Source: Candidatus Eremiobacteria bacterium
Lineage (GTDB): Bacteria; Vulcanimicrobiota; Vulcanimicrobiia; Vulcanimicrobiales; Vulcanimicrobiaceae
Reading direction: 5' to 3'
Assembly: GCA_963758295.1 (NCBI GenBank)
Contig: CAVWUU010000001.1
Span: 320,001 to 384,000 of the forward strand
DNA length: 64,000 nucleotides
The position numbers and the translations under genes are program-made. This document shows positions 46,898-54,759 of this stretch, piece by piece (within the stretch, counting starts at the first letter, position 1; the number at the start of each line of letters is the position of its first letter). Under the pieces are notes generated by a model. The model was not told where the DNA came from. It did not search any database and worked only from the letters and a program-made list of their open reading frames with translations.

Positions 46898-48265
46898 GTG
46901 CTCGGTCTCTTGCGACCGAAAACGCGCCCGGTGAACGATCCACAGCTCGTACCGCTCGGTACGGACTTGCCCACGACCACGCGCGACGCCGAGCGTTCCA
47001 GAAGTGGCCGTTCGCTTTTGGTCCATCAGACGGACGCCGGTTCGATTCACGCGTCATTGCGCTTCGCCCGCGTGCGGCGGATGCATATTGAGTTCACGCT
47101 GGACGTGGTGAATGCGACCGACGAACCGTTGCTAGCGACGATCTACGCAATGGCTAAGTCGGGCGATGAGATTCCGGTGGCTCCCTTCGCCTTTTGGATC
47201 GATAAGCGAACGGAAGCATATGTCGATCTGCCCGTCTCGTGGCTCGCCGCGCTCTCATGCAGCGCCGTTTCCGTGCGGCTGCAGAGCCGTAGCGCGCATC
47301 AGCGGCTGGAAGCCGCCATGCCGCGACCTGCCGCCATCGGATGGTTTGCGGCCGGTCTTGCTCTCGCGGCGGTCGCGGCACTGACGTTCACGCTTGCGCA
47401 ACCGCGAGTCATCAGCATGGCTGCGCCGGCTGCAGCGGTTGCGGGCAGCCGTATCAACGTGGCCTACGCGTTCGGAGGCATCGGAAGGCACGAATGGGAG
47501 GTCGACGACCTTTCCGGCGCCCGCGTTGACGGCGGACCGGTGGCAGGATCACAAGACGCTTTGACCATCCCCGTTCCGAACGTCAGCACCCAAACCGTCT
47601 TTGCATTGCGTTTGATAAACCGCGGCCCCCTCGGTACGGCGGCCGAAGAGCGTCCGCTTGTCGTTGCGACGGCGCGTCCATCTGCAGCGCCGCCCGAAAT
47701 CGCATCGCTAGCCTTGGAGAACTCGCAAGTCGCGGACGGCGGTTCCGTCACGGTGCGATATAAAGCATCGGGTCAGTACGGCGACGTCAGCGCCGTCGAC
47801 GCGCAGGGAATCGTATGGGCGCACAAAGCGCTCGATTCGCGCGGCGTAACGACCTTGCAATTGCCGCGCTTCGGCCGTGACAAGGAATTGCAGGTGCGCG
47901 TGGTCGCTCGCCGCGGCGATGCCGAAAGTACTTCCGGCGTGGGCCTGCAAGTTTTAGCCTCTGCTACCCCAACCCCCGCGCCGGCGCCGCAGCCGTCCAA
48001 CGGCAATTCAGCGGTTGAAGTCCTCGATGATGCGGTGAGTCCCGGCGGAATGTTGCATCTCTCCGTATCGGGCGATGCGACCGATCTTTTTGTCACAATG
48101 TCCACGGAGTCCGGAGCAGTGCTTGCGCAGGCAACGCCGGAAATCGCGGGCGGTCAATGCGTCGTTGCCGTTCCGCTCACCGCGAGCGGCAAACTCGTGG
48201 TGGTTGCAAAATATCGCCGCGGCGCTCGTGAAGAGGCTATTGTAAGGGCCGTTCCGGTACGCTAA
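46898..48265 (+). CDS. Hypothetical single-TM protein with beta-rich (Ig-like) extracytoplasmic domains
   Basis: About 145-aa N-terminal domain, one TM (WFAAGLALAAVAALTFTL), then beta-strand-rich repeats joined by Pro-rich linkers. Confidence 0.6.
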   Translation: MLGLLRPKTRPVNDPQLVPLGTDLPTTTRDAERSRSGRSLLVHQTDAGSIHASLRFARVRRMHIEFTLDVVNATDEPLLATIYAMAKSGDEIPVAPFAFWIDKRTEAYVDLPVSWLAALSCSAVSVRLQSRSAHQRLEAAMPRPAAIGWFAAGLALAAVAALTFTLAQPRVISMAAPAAAVAGSRINVAYAFGGIGRHEWEVDDLSGARVDGGPVAGSQDALTIPVPNVSTQTVFALRLINRGPLGTAAEERPLVVATARPSAAPPEIASLALENSQVADGGSVTVRYKASGQYGDVSAVDAQGIVWAHKALDSRGVTTLQLPRFGRDKELQVRVVARRGDAESTSGVGLQVLASATPTPAPAPQPSNGNSAVEVLDDAVSPGGMLHLSVSGDATDLFVTMSTESGAVLAQATPEIAGGQCVVAVPLTASGKLVVVAKYRRGAREEAIVRAVPVR

Positions 48266-48924
48266 CAGGCGCCGGGAGTCAACGGCGCGGTCGACGGAAA
48301 TTGCGGCAACGGAAGCGGCGGCGCAAGCTGGTTCAATTTGGCGTTAACGATCGAATCTTGAATCGTATTGCCGAGTTCCGGATAACACGCCATTAGGCTC
48401 GCGACATCGGGCGTACGTAGAATATTTTGCTGCGCGGTTACCGTGGAGAACGCGCCGCTGAAAATTGCCGGCGGCCGCATCTGCGTGATGAGCGCGGATT
48501 GCGTGTGCGTAAAAAGTGCGGGCTCGGGCAGGCCGTTCGCTGAGATAGCAAGCCGGCCCTGATTGCACGAGCCGTTGACATTGCCGATCAGTGAGGCGTT
48601 GTACCACAACTGAGCGGTAATCGGTCCCGGAAACGTAGCGGGCGAGTTATCGAGCGCGTCCGATGTAGGCTTGATGCACTGCGCTTGCGGCATCCGGGCC
48701 GAGTTCGGCAAGCTGTTGTACAAGGTGTACAAGCTGTACTGCATCATTGGATTGGCTTGATTCGAAATCAGGCCTGAATAGCGCACCGCGACTTGCGAGC
48801 GTTCTCCCATCACGGTCAGTTGCATCGCCCAGATCACGCCGAAGAGCAACAACAAGAAGATCGGCACCATGATGGCCGTTTCGGCCAAGGCCTGGCCGCG
48901 CATTGCGTGGCGACGGTTCGTCAT
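48262..48924 (-). CDS. TadE-like pseudopilin
   Basis: Prepilin-like RG|QALAETAIMVPIFLLLLFG. Confidence 0.8.
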   Translation of the reverse strand: MTNRRHAMRGQALAETAIMVPIFLLLLFGVIWAMQLTVMGERSQVAVRYSGLISNQANPMMQYSLYTLYNSLPNSARMPQAQCIKPTSDALDNSPATFPGPITAQLWYNASLIGNVNGSCNQGRLAISANGLPEPALFTHTQSALITQMRPPAIFSGAFSTVTAQQNILRTPDVASLMACYPELGNTIQDSIVNAKLNQLAPPLPLPQFPSTAPLTPGAC

Positions 48925-49970
48925 TTGCACGCGAAGTCGGCTCCTTCGGTCACGGCGTACGGCAGCGGTTTGATCGCGAGCGACGTCCACCACCCGGTAA
49001 AAACCAGCATCCCCTGATCTTCTTGAGCGCCGTTTCCGACGAACAAGCCATTGGAGAAAGCCGTGAACGGGGAGCCGTAGTTATCGGGATTGTTTGGGTT
49101 GCCGCCGAAATCGATGCGATACTGAGGATCGTGATTGCTGAAAAGCGCGCGATTCTGCGCACTTTCCGGGTACTCCGTCGGCTGAAAGACCTTGTTGCCG
49201 TTCAAGTTGTTTTGGAGCGATCCGGCGTACATGAACTCTTGCGTCGCCATGATGCTCGTCGCGGCGGCGCGGCCGACAACGGTTGTCGGTGCCGCGTTGA
49301 AGTTGAGGAAGTGGGCGAACGGCGCTGGAACTTTCGCGCAGGTAATTACTTCGAGCTCCATCGGCGTTAGATCTTCGGTTGGAGCGCTGCGCGAGCCGCC
49401 GCCCACGGTAGAACTGTTCGCATCGGAGTAGACGTCTTCCAAATAATCGTCTGCGCGGCTCTGCGCGTGGACCAGAGCGTAATCGAACGCGCAATCGCCG
49501 CCCTTGGCGGTGCCGCAATTCGTCTGGTAAGTGCCTAAGATCGCTTTCATTGCGGCGATCTGAGCGGGATAGGTTTGCGTGGAAACCCGTTGCAGGATTT
49601 GGATGTCGTTCGTGTATCGTGTCACGGCATCGAAATATTCGCCCCGAAGCGTTTGGTAGATCGCATCGCAGCCCGTTGATCCCGAGGAGCTGTCGCAACC
49701 GCCGACGCCATGCACGACCTGCAGAATATCGTTGATCAAGAACCGGATTCGATACTCTTCCACGGCAGCCGCATGCAGCGTCGCAAGTTCTTCGTTCCAT
49801 TGTGAGGTTTGCACCGTCAGCAAGCCCTGGGCCGCCGCGTCGGCGGCATTTTGAGCGCGCATCTGCCACATCAGCATGTTGCCATAGTTGATAGCAAGTG
49901 CAAGCAGCGATAAGACGGTTAGCATTCCGAACGCCCAAAGCGGCATCGTTTGTCCACGTTGGCCGTTCAT
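48921..49970 (-). CDS. TadG-like protein
   Basis: RG|QTMPLW...AINYG...AQNAADAAAQG, the Tad N-terminal signature. Confidence 0.8.
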   Translation of the reverse strand: MNGQRGQTMPLWAFGMLTVLSLLALAINYGNMLMWQMRAQNAADAAAQGLLTVQTSQWNEELATLHAAAVEEYRIRFLINDILQVVHGVGGCDSSSGSTGCDAIYQTLRGEYFDAVTRYTNDIQILQRVSTQTYPAQIAAMKAILGTYQTNCGTAKGGDCAFDYALVHAQSRADDYLEDVYSDANSSTVGGGSRSAPTEDLTPMELEVITCAKVPAPFAHFLNFNAAPTTVVGRAAATSIMATQEFMYAGSLQNNLNGNKVFQPTEYPESAQNRALFSNHDPQYRIDFGGNPNNPDNYGSPFTAFSNGLFVGNGAQEDQGMLVFTGWWTSLAIKPLPYAVTEGADFACK

Positions 49971-50950
49971 TAGCAGCCGATCTCCGGATGCAGCGGCGAG
50001 AATTGCCCGTAGAACCCTTTACCTACGATCTTCGGATGCGTGGCTTGGTCCCAGGTGTAAACCAGCCGAAACGAATAGGGCGCGAGCAGCGGCGAAGAAG
50101 CCGCCATTGGACCCGTGGGCGTTTCGTTCCAATCACTGTTGCCGGCGAAGTCGGAAGGCTTGGTAGAAACCGGACGCGCGGGATTGGCAAACAAGAACGC
50201 GCCGATTGCCGCGTAAACGCGCTGATGGCAACCCATCAAGTAAAAGGGTCCGCCCGGGCCAACGCCGGCGGCGACGCTCTTGTTATAGTTGTCGTCTTTC
50301 AAAAACTCCGCCATGCCGAGCGTTTCAAGGGACATGCCGCTGCAGAGTCCGGGTGTCGTTTGTGAAACCCAGCTGCCGCAATAGCGCATATCCGCGATAT
50401 TGAAGTAATACGGTGGGACGTTCTGGTCGTCTTGGAGCAGCGGATCGACCATTGAAGCGTAGACGCCCGGTGAGTTGTATCCCAACCCTTGCGCGTCATC
50501 GTCGTGGTTGCCGACCATCAAACGCCCGTCGACGTTGCCTGAATAGAGCTTAATGCTGTTGCCGAATACCGAAAAAGCGCCGGTCGTAAAATTCAATGAA
50601 GTGCCCAGCCGTTGCGGGCGGATTAGTGCCGCGCCGCCGTAGCGCAGCGACTGACTTCCCCACTGCGTATAATTTACGGGCTGGTTCGTACTCGGCGGCG
50701 GCATCGCAGCTTCGACGATGCTCGAAGTGACGATCGACGGGAAAAGCCGCTGCAGCGTCGCAGCGAGAGTCGCCTGATTTGTAGCACCGGCGGAATATTG
50801 CTGCGCGTAAAAGAACGTGCCGCCGTCCAGCTGCACCTGGTAGAACGAAAGAAGCGCCACTTGCATCGTTCCGAGCAAGAGAAGCATCGTGAAACTCAAG
50901 ACGATGGCCGTCTCTGCGAGTCCGGCACCCCGAATACGGTGCCCTTTCAT
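49970..50950 (-). CDS. TadE/F-like pseudopilin with large C-terminal domain
   Basis: RG|AGLAETAIVLSFTMLLLLG. Confidence 0.72.
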   Translation of the reverse strand: MKGHRIRGAGLAETAIVLSFTMLLLLGTMQVALLSFYQVQLDGGTFFYAQQYSAGATNQATLAATLQRLFPSIVTSSIVEAAMPPPSTNQPVNYTQWGSQSLRYGGAALIRPQRLGTSLNFTTGAFSVFGNSIKLYSGNVDGRLMVGNHDDDAQGLGYNSPGVYASMVDPLLQDDQNVPPYYFNIADMRYCGSWVSQTTPGLCSGMSLETLGMAEFLKDDNYNKSVAAGVGPGGPFYLMGCHQRVYAAIGAFLFANPARPVSTKPSDFAGNSDWNETPTGPMAASSPLLAPYSFRLVYTWDQATHPKIVGKGFYGQFSPLHPEIGC

Positions 50951-51138
50951 TGGTCCGGGACCCGCGTATTATAGTCGAGAAACTCGCTCTGCGACTGATT
51001 GTACGTGGTATTGCCGGCGCTCGAAATAGCGAGCAGTACGGCTACGCATCCGAGGGCCAGCAATGAAAAGATGAGCCCGTATTCAACGAGCGTCACGCCG
51101 GAATCGTCACCGGCGAGGTGACGAAGCCGCGCGATCAT
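50947..51138 (-). CDS. flp: Flp family type IVb pilin (second copy)
   Basis: DDSG|VTLVEYGLI Flp motif. Confidence 0.85.
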   Translation of the reverse strand: MIARLRHLAGDDSGVTLVEYGLIFSLLALGCVAVLLAISSAGNTTYNQSQSEFLDYNTRVPDQ

Positions 51139-52574
51139 TGATTGATGATTTCCGGCGTCATCACGAAGACGACGTCGGTCTTGGACTCTTGATAGTCCGT
51201 CGACTGGAAGAGCTTGCCTAAGATCGGAATATCGGCAAGACCCGGAATCTTGGTGATCGTTTTTTGATCGACGTGACGCAGCAGGCCGCCCATGACGATG
51301 CTTTGGCCCGGCGTCGTGATCACGTCGGTCGTGATCGTGCTTTCTTTGAGAGCCGGTAGCACGAAGCCGTTAAGCCGCACGGCATTTTCGTAATCAAGGT
51401 CCGTAATATCCGGATTAATCTTTGTTTCGATAGAGCCGTTCGGCAACACATCCGGCGTGACGTTCAATTGCACGCCGTAGTTCTTGAAGTCCACCGTTAC
51501 TTGGCCAAGCCCCGTCGAATAGACGTATGGGATTTCGCCGCCGACGAGAAATTTTGCGGCGGCACCGGGCAGCGCGACGAGGTTCGGCTCGGAGAGAATC
51601 CGGGCGTGCCCGTTCTGTACGAGCAGATTGATTGTGGGGGCCAGCGCCGTCGAGCGGAAAAACGGGCCGACGTTGAGCGCCTTGCCGAGCGCCGCCGATT
51701 GCGGACCTTCGATGATCGGGAAGCTGGGCGTCGTCAAAGTGTAGACGCCGGGCTGCGTTGGGTCCGGCACGGCCGACTGCAACTGCACGCCAAGATTCGA
51801 TAGCGCGGTGCGGTCCACTTCGAGCACGTAGACCTTCACGTCGATTTGAGTCGCGTACTGATAGGTCAAACGGTCTATCACTTTGCCGTCTGCTGCCAGG
51901 TACGGACCGGCCACCGACTGGGCGCGATTGAGAACTTTGCGGCCCTCGATCTTGTCGCGCACGTTGCCGCTGACGATGACGTTGCCTTTGCCGTCGGGCT
52001 CGATGGACAGATCGCTGATCGTCTTGCTCGACGCAAACTCGTGCTGAAGCGTGTCGAGTGAGTGCGCCACGGTTACGGCATTGACCACGGTGTACTTCTC
52101 GAGCTTCTCCATCTCGTCGAAGCGGGAGACGATGTCGCCGACGCGGGCGAAGCGCGCCATATCGGGGACCGTGCCTTTGAGCACAATGGCATGATCGAAG
52201 CTCACCACGGAGATGCCGGGATCGTCGATCGCGGTGCGAAGCATGCTCGCGAGATCGTTCATGGTTTGGTTGGAGACGTCGACGATGTAGGTCGCGCGCG
52301 TTCCGTTTTCCAACCACACGAACACCGACGTTTCGCCGGCTGCGCGGCCGTTTACAAGGAGCTGCGAGGTTCCGATCGGCATGACGCCGGCAATCTTGCC
52401 GTCGCCGACCGAGACGCGCCGCAGGCCTGGAGTCTTTATGACTATCGAGTGGCCACTCTCGAGCGCAAGGTGAGGGACGGCCTGTTCTTCGGCCGGAGCG
52501 GCGAACGGCTGCAGCGCGAGCGTTAAAAGCAACGCGCGCGCGAAGACCGGCTTCATCCATGATTGCAACTTCAT
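51135..52574 (-). CDS. cpaC: Tad secretin RcpA/CpaC
   Basis: Signal peptide, pilus-formation N domain (RVSVGDGKIA...GETSVFVW), and secretin core ARILSEPNL, FLVGGEIP, YGVQL and KIPGLADIPILGKLF. Confidence 0.9.
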   Translation of the reverse strand: MKLQSWMKPVFARALLLTLALQPFAAPAEEQAVPHLALESGHSIVIKTPGLRRVSVGDGKIAGVMPIGTSQLLVNGRAAGETSVFVWLENGTRATYIVDVSNQTMNDLASMLRTAIDDPGISVVSFDHAIVLKGTVPDMARFARVGDIVSRFDEMEKLEKYTVVNAVTVAHSLDTLQHEFASSKTISDLSIEPDGKGNVIVSGNVRDKIEGRKVLNRAQSVAGPYLAADGKVIDRLTYQYATQIDVKVYVLEVDRTALSNLGVQLQSAVPDPTQPGVYTLTTPSFPIIEGPQSAALGKALNVGPFFRSTALAPTINLLVQNGHARILSEPNLVALPGAAAKFLVGGEIPYVYSTGLGQVTVDFKNYGVQLNVTPDVLPNGSIETKINPDITDLDYENAVRLNGFVLPALKESTITTDVITTPGQSIVMGGLLRHVDQKTITKIPGLADIPILGKLFQSTDYQESKTDVVFVMTPEIINQ

Positions 52575-52653
52575 GCCCGGTAAGTATGCCACGTTCACAA
52601 CTTGTTAACGCGTCAACGCGTGGGCAACGTCTGTAAAGATTGCCGGCTCGCCA

Positions 52654-52682
52654 TTTCAAGAACGTTTGCGTTCCCGTATGAT
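52654..52682 (+). promoter_or_regulatory. Candidate sigma70 promoter (TTTCAA-N17-TATGAT) for the rightward Tad operon
   Basis: -10-like TATGAT at 52677-52682, upstream of the AAGGGAG RBS of ORF 52708. Confidence 0.35.
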
Positions 52683-52707
52683 TTTCGCACTTACGAAGGG
52701 AGTCCTC

Positions 52708-53112
52708 ATGATCGTTACGGCGCTGTTTTCAGCGATCGTCGCGGCGGCTTCTCAAGCGGCACCGCCTGCGGAGTCCGTTCAGCCGGTGTCGATCGTTGCG
52801 AAGCAACACGACGGTATGGAAGCCGTCGACGTAACGGGTAAAGCCCCCGCGGGCTCGCTCGTTACGGTCGTAGAGTCCGCGAAAATGTCGGTCGATCTTC
52901 CAATCGTCGTGCTTCGGCGAGTGGAAGCTATCGCGTCTTCCTCGGGCGATTTCGTCATGCAAATTCCCATCGCTCCGGTTTTCACCCGAGGAGCGGAGCT
53001 TCGTTTTACCGCGAGTGCGCCGGGGGCGCAACCGGCGGCGGTCCGATTCATAATCGGCCGGCCGACGTCGGAACCGATCGTCAACAGCATGGACGATCTC
53101 AACGTCCAGTAG
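52708..53112 (+). CDS. Secreted hypothetical protein heading the flp operon
   Basis: Good RBS, signal peptide MIVTALFSAIVAAASQA and a beta-rich body. Confidence 0.65.
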   Translation: MIVTALFSAIVAAASQAAPPAESVQPVSIVAKQHDGMEAVDVTGKAPAGSLVTVVESAKMSVDLPIVVLRRVEAIASSSGDFVMQIPIAPVFTRGAELRFTASAPGAQPAAVRFIIGRPTSEPIVNSMDDLNVQ

Positions 53113-53143
53113 ATCTTCACTTACTCGAGAGGATGCAACAGCA

Positions 53144-53302
53144 ATGAACGCTCTGAAACAACTCATCAAGGACGACAGCGGTGCGACGCTCGTCGAGTAC
53201 GGTCTCGTCATCGCCCTTATCGCCGTCGTTTGCGTCGGCGTGGTAGCCGCGCTCGGCAAAAACCTGAAGGCGATGTTCACGGGCATCGGCACCGACATTT
53301 AA
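53144..53302 (+). CDS. flp: Flp family type IVb major pilin, 52 aa (absent from the ORF track)
   Basis: MNALKQLIKDDSG|ATLVEYGLVIALIAVVCVGVVAALGKNLKAMFTGIGTDI*; GAGAGG upstream. Confidence 0.93.
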   Translation: MNALKQLIKDDSGATLVEYGLVIALIAVVCVGVVAALGKNLKAMFTGIGTDI

Positions 53303-53335
53303 GCAACAAGGTAACGGTGCGACATCGCCAAAGCG

Positions 53336-53890
53336 TTGTCGCACCGGCGATTTTTGATATTGCAGACGCTTCCATGGGCTGCCGGCCTGCTCGCGTGCGC
53401 CATCGCTGCCTGGACCGACGTTAAAACGCGCCGCGTTCCAAACTGGCTGACCATTCCGCTTGCCGCTTCGGCGCCTTTTTTAATGGCGGTGAACGGTTGG
53501 CACGCTTTCACGGTTGCATGGTTGGTTTTCGCCGGTGCGCTTGTCGCGGGAATGATGTTACACGGTGCCGGCATGTTCGGAGGCGGTGACGTGAAGCTGC
53601 TCGTGGGTATCGCCATTCTGGCCGGCGTCCCCGGCTGCTTTGAATTCGCCTTGTACACGGCGCTTGCCGGCGGCATCATCGCGCTGGTGGTGCTTCTCGT
53701 GAAACGGCAGACCCGGTTGGCCGGCTACGTCTTTACGCGTTTTACTTATTCGATAACGACCGGCGCACTTGGCACGGCCATAGCTGCTGAATCCGACGAA
53801 CGAATGCCGTATGCCCTCGCTATTTTTGCGGGATTTTTAACCGTCACGCTGGCGCATAGCGCCGTGCCGCTTCTGAGGATTATCCGGTGA
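53336..53890 (+). CDS. cpaA: A24 prepilin peptidase CpaA/TadV
   Basis: WTDVKTRRVPN and GGGDVKL aspartate motifs, plus MPYALAI. The start may be slightly downstream. Confidence 0.88.
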   Translation: MSHRRFLILQTLPWAAGLLACAIAAWTDVKTRRVPNWLTIPLAASAPFLMAVNGWHAFTVAWLVFAGALVAGMMLHGAGMFGGGDVKLLVGIAILAGVPGCFEFALYTALAGGIIALVVLLVKRQTRLAGYVFTRFTYSITTGALGTAIAAESDERMPYALAIFAGFLTVTLAHSAVPLLRIIR

Positions 53891-54759
53891 ACAGACGGAC
53901 GACATTGCTTACCGCGGCTGGAGTGCTTGCGGCCGGCGCAGGACTGCTGACCTTCAACTACATCCAGAACGCGACTAAGTCGGCGGAAACCGCGCCGCCT
54001 CGAACGGTACTGGTTGCCGCGCACGAGATCCCGGCGCACACTGCGCTTACCGCAGACATGGTTCGGGTCGTTTCACGTCCGTCCGACATGGTGGATCCCG
54101 ATGCGCTCGGATCGCTTTCGGACGCGAGCGGCGAAACCGCGCAAGTAGCGATTCCGGCCGGCGCCACTATCACGAGCGCTACCGTCTCGCGAGCGGATCT
54201 CGGGCCTGTCGCCGTGCGAATCGAGCCCGGCAAACGCGCCGTGAGCATCCCGGTTGACGACGTAAAAGATGTGTCGGGGCTCGTCCAAGTCGGCGATCGG
54301 GTCGACGTAATTGCGGTGCCGCCGCGCACCGGCGATGCAACGCCCACGGCGTCAACGATCCTTCGCGACATTCGCGTGCTCGCTGTCGGTGGTATCGCCC
54401 GCGTTCCGCAACCGGTTGCAACCGCAGGATCGGATCCCAATGCGCCGGCTACACCATTGCCCGAAGTACGCACGGTCACGCTGGAAGTCTCGCCGTCGCA
54501 GAGCGATCTGCTCGCGCTCGCCGACTTGAACGCGACGTTGCGCTTAGCGTTGCGTGCGCCGCACGACCGGCTCGAGGTACCGACGGAACCCTTATCATTT
54601 CCCGCAGCGGCTCTAGCTGCAGCCCCCGCAGCGGCGCCCCCGCGCGCTGCGGTCGATCCGCCGGCTCCTCGCAGAGAGCGCCCCAGCTCGGGCGTGATTG
54701 TGATTGACGACGCGCGGCTCGCGGGTTCGGATGCATCGCAAGACGGCGGCCAACGCTAA
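53887..54759 (+). CDS. cpaB: Flp pilus assembly protein CpaB/RcpC
   Basis: SAF domain VLVAAHEIPA, GKRAVSIPVD, GDRVDV, IRVLAVG and LRLALR. Confidence 0.92.
   Translation: MNRRTTLLTAAGVLAAGAGLLTFNYIQNATKSAETAPPRTVLVAAHEIPAHTALTADMVRVVSRPSDMVDPDALGSLSDASGETAQVAIPAGATITSATVSRADLGPVAVRIEPGKRAVSIPVDDVKDVSGLVQVGDRVDVIAVPPRTGDATPTASTILRDIRVLAVGGIARVPQPVATAGSDPNAPATPLPEVRTVTLEVSPSQSDLLALADLNATLRLALRAPHDRLEVPTEPLSFPAAALAAAPAAAPPRAAVDPPAPRRERPSSGVIVIDDARLAGSDASQDGGQR

Noticed and set aside
52583..52600. Rex operator in the Tad control region
   Set aside because: Only the TTCACAA half-site is present; the other half does not match.
52623..52644. c-di-GMP-I riboswitch (GGCAA..TCT-GTAA-AGA-TTGCC hairpin with GNRA loop)
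   Set aside because: The second stem and conserved GCAAA/receptor elements are missing, and it lies upstream of the candidate promoter.
51415..52659. 414-aa minus-strand ORF overlapping the secretin
   Set aside because: Alternative-frame shadow with no motifs.
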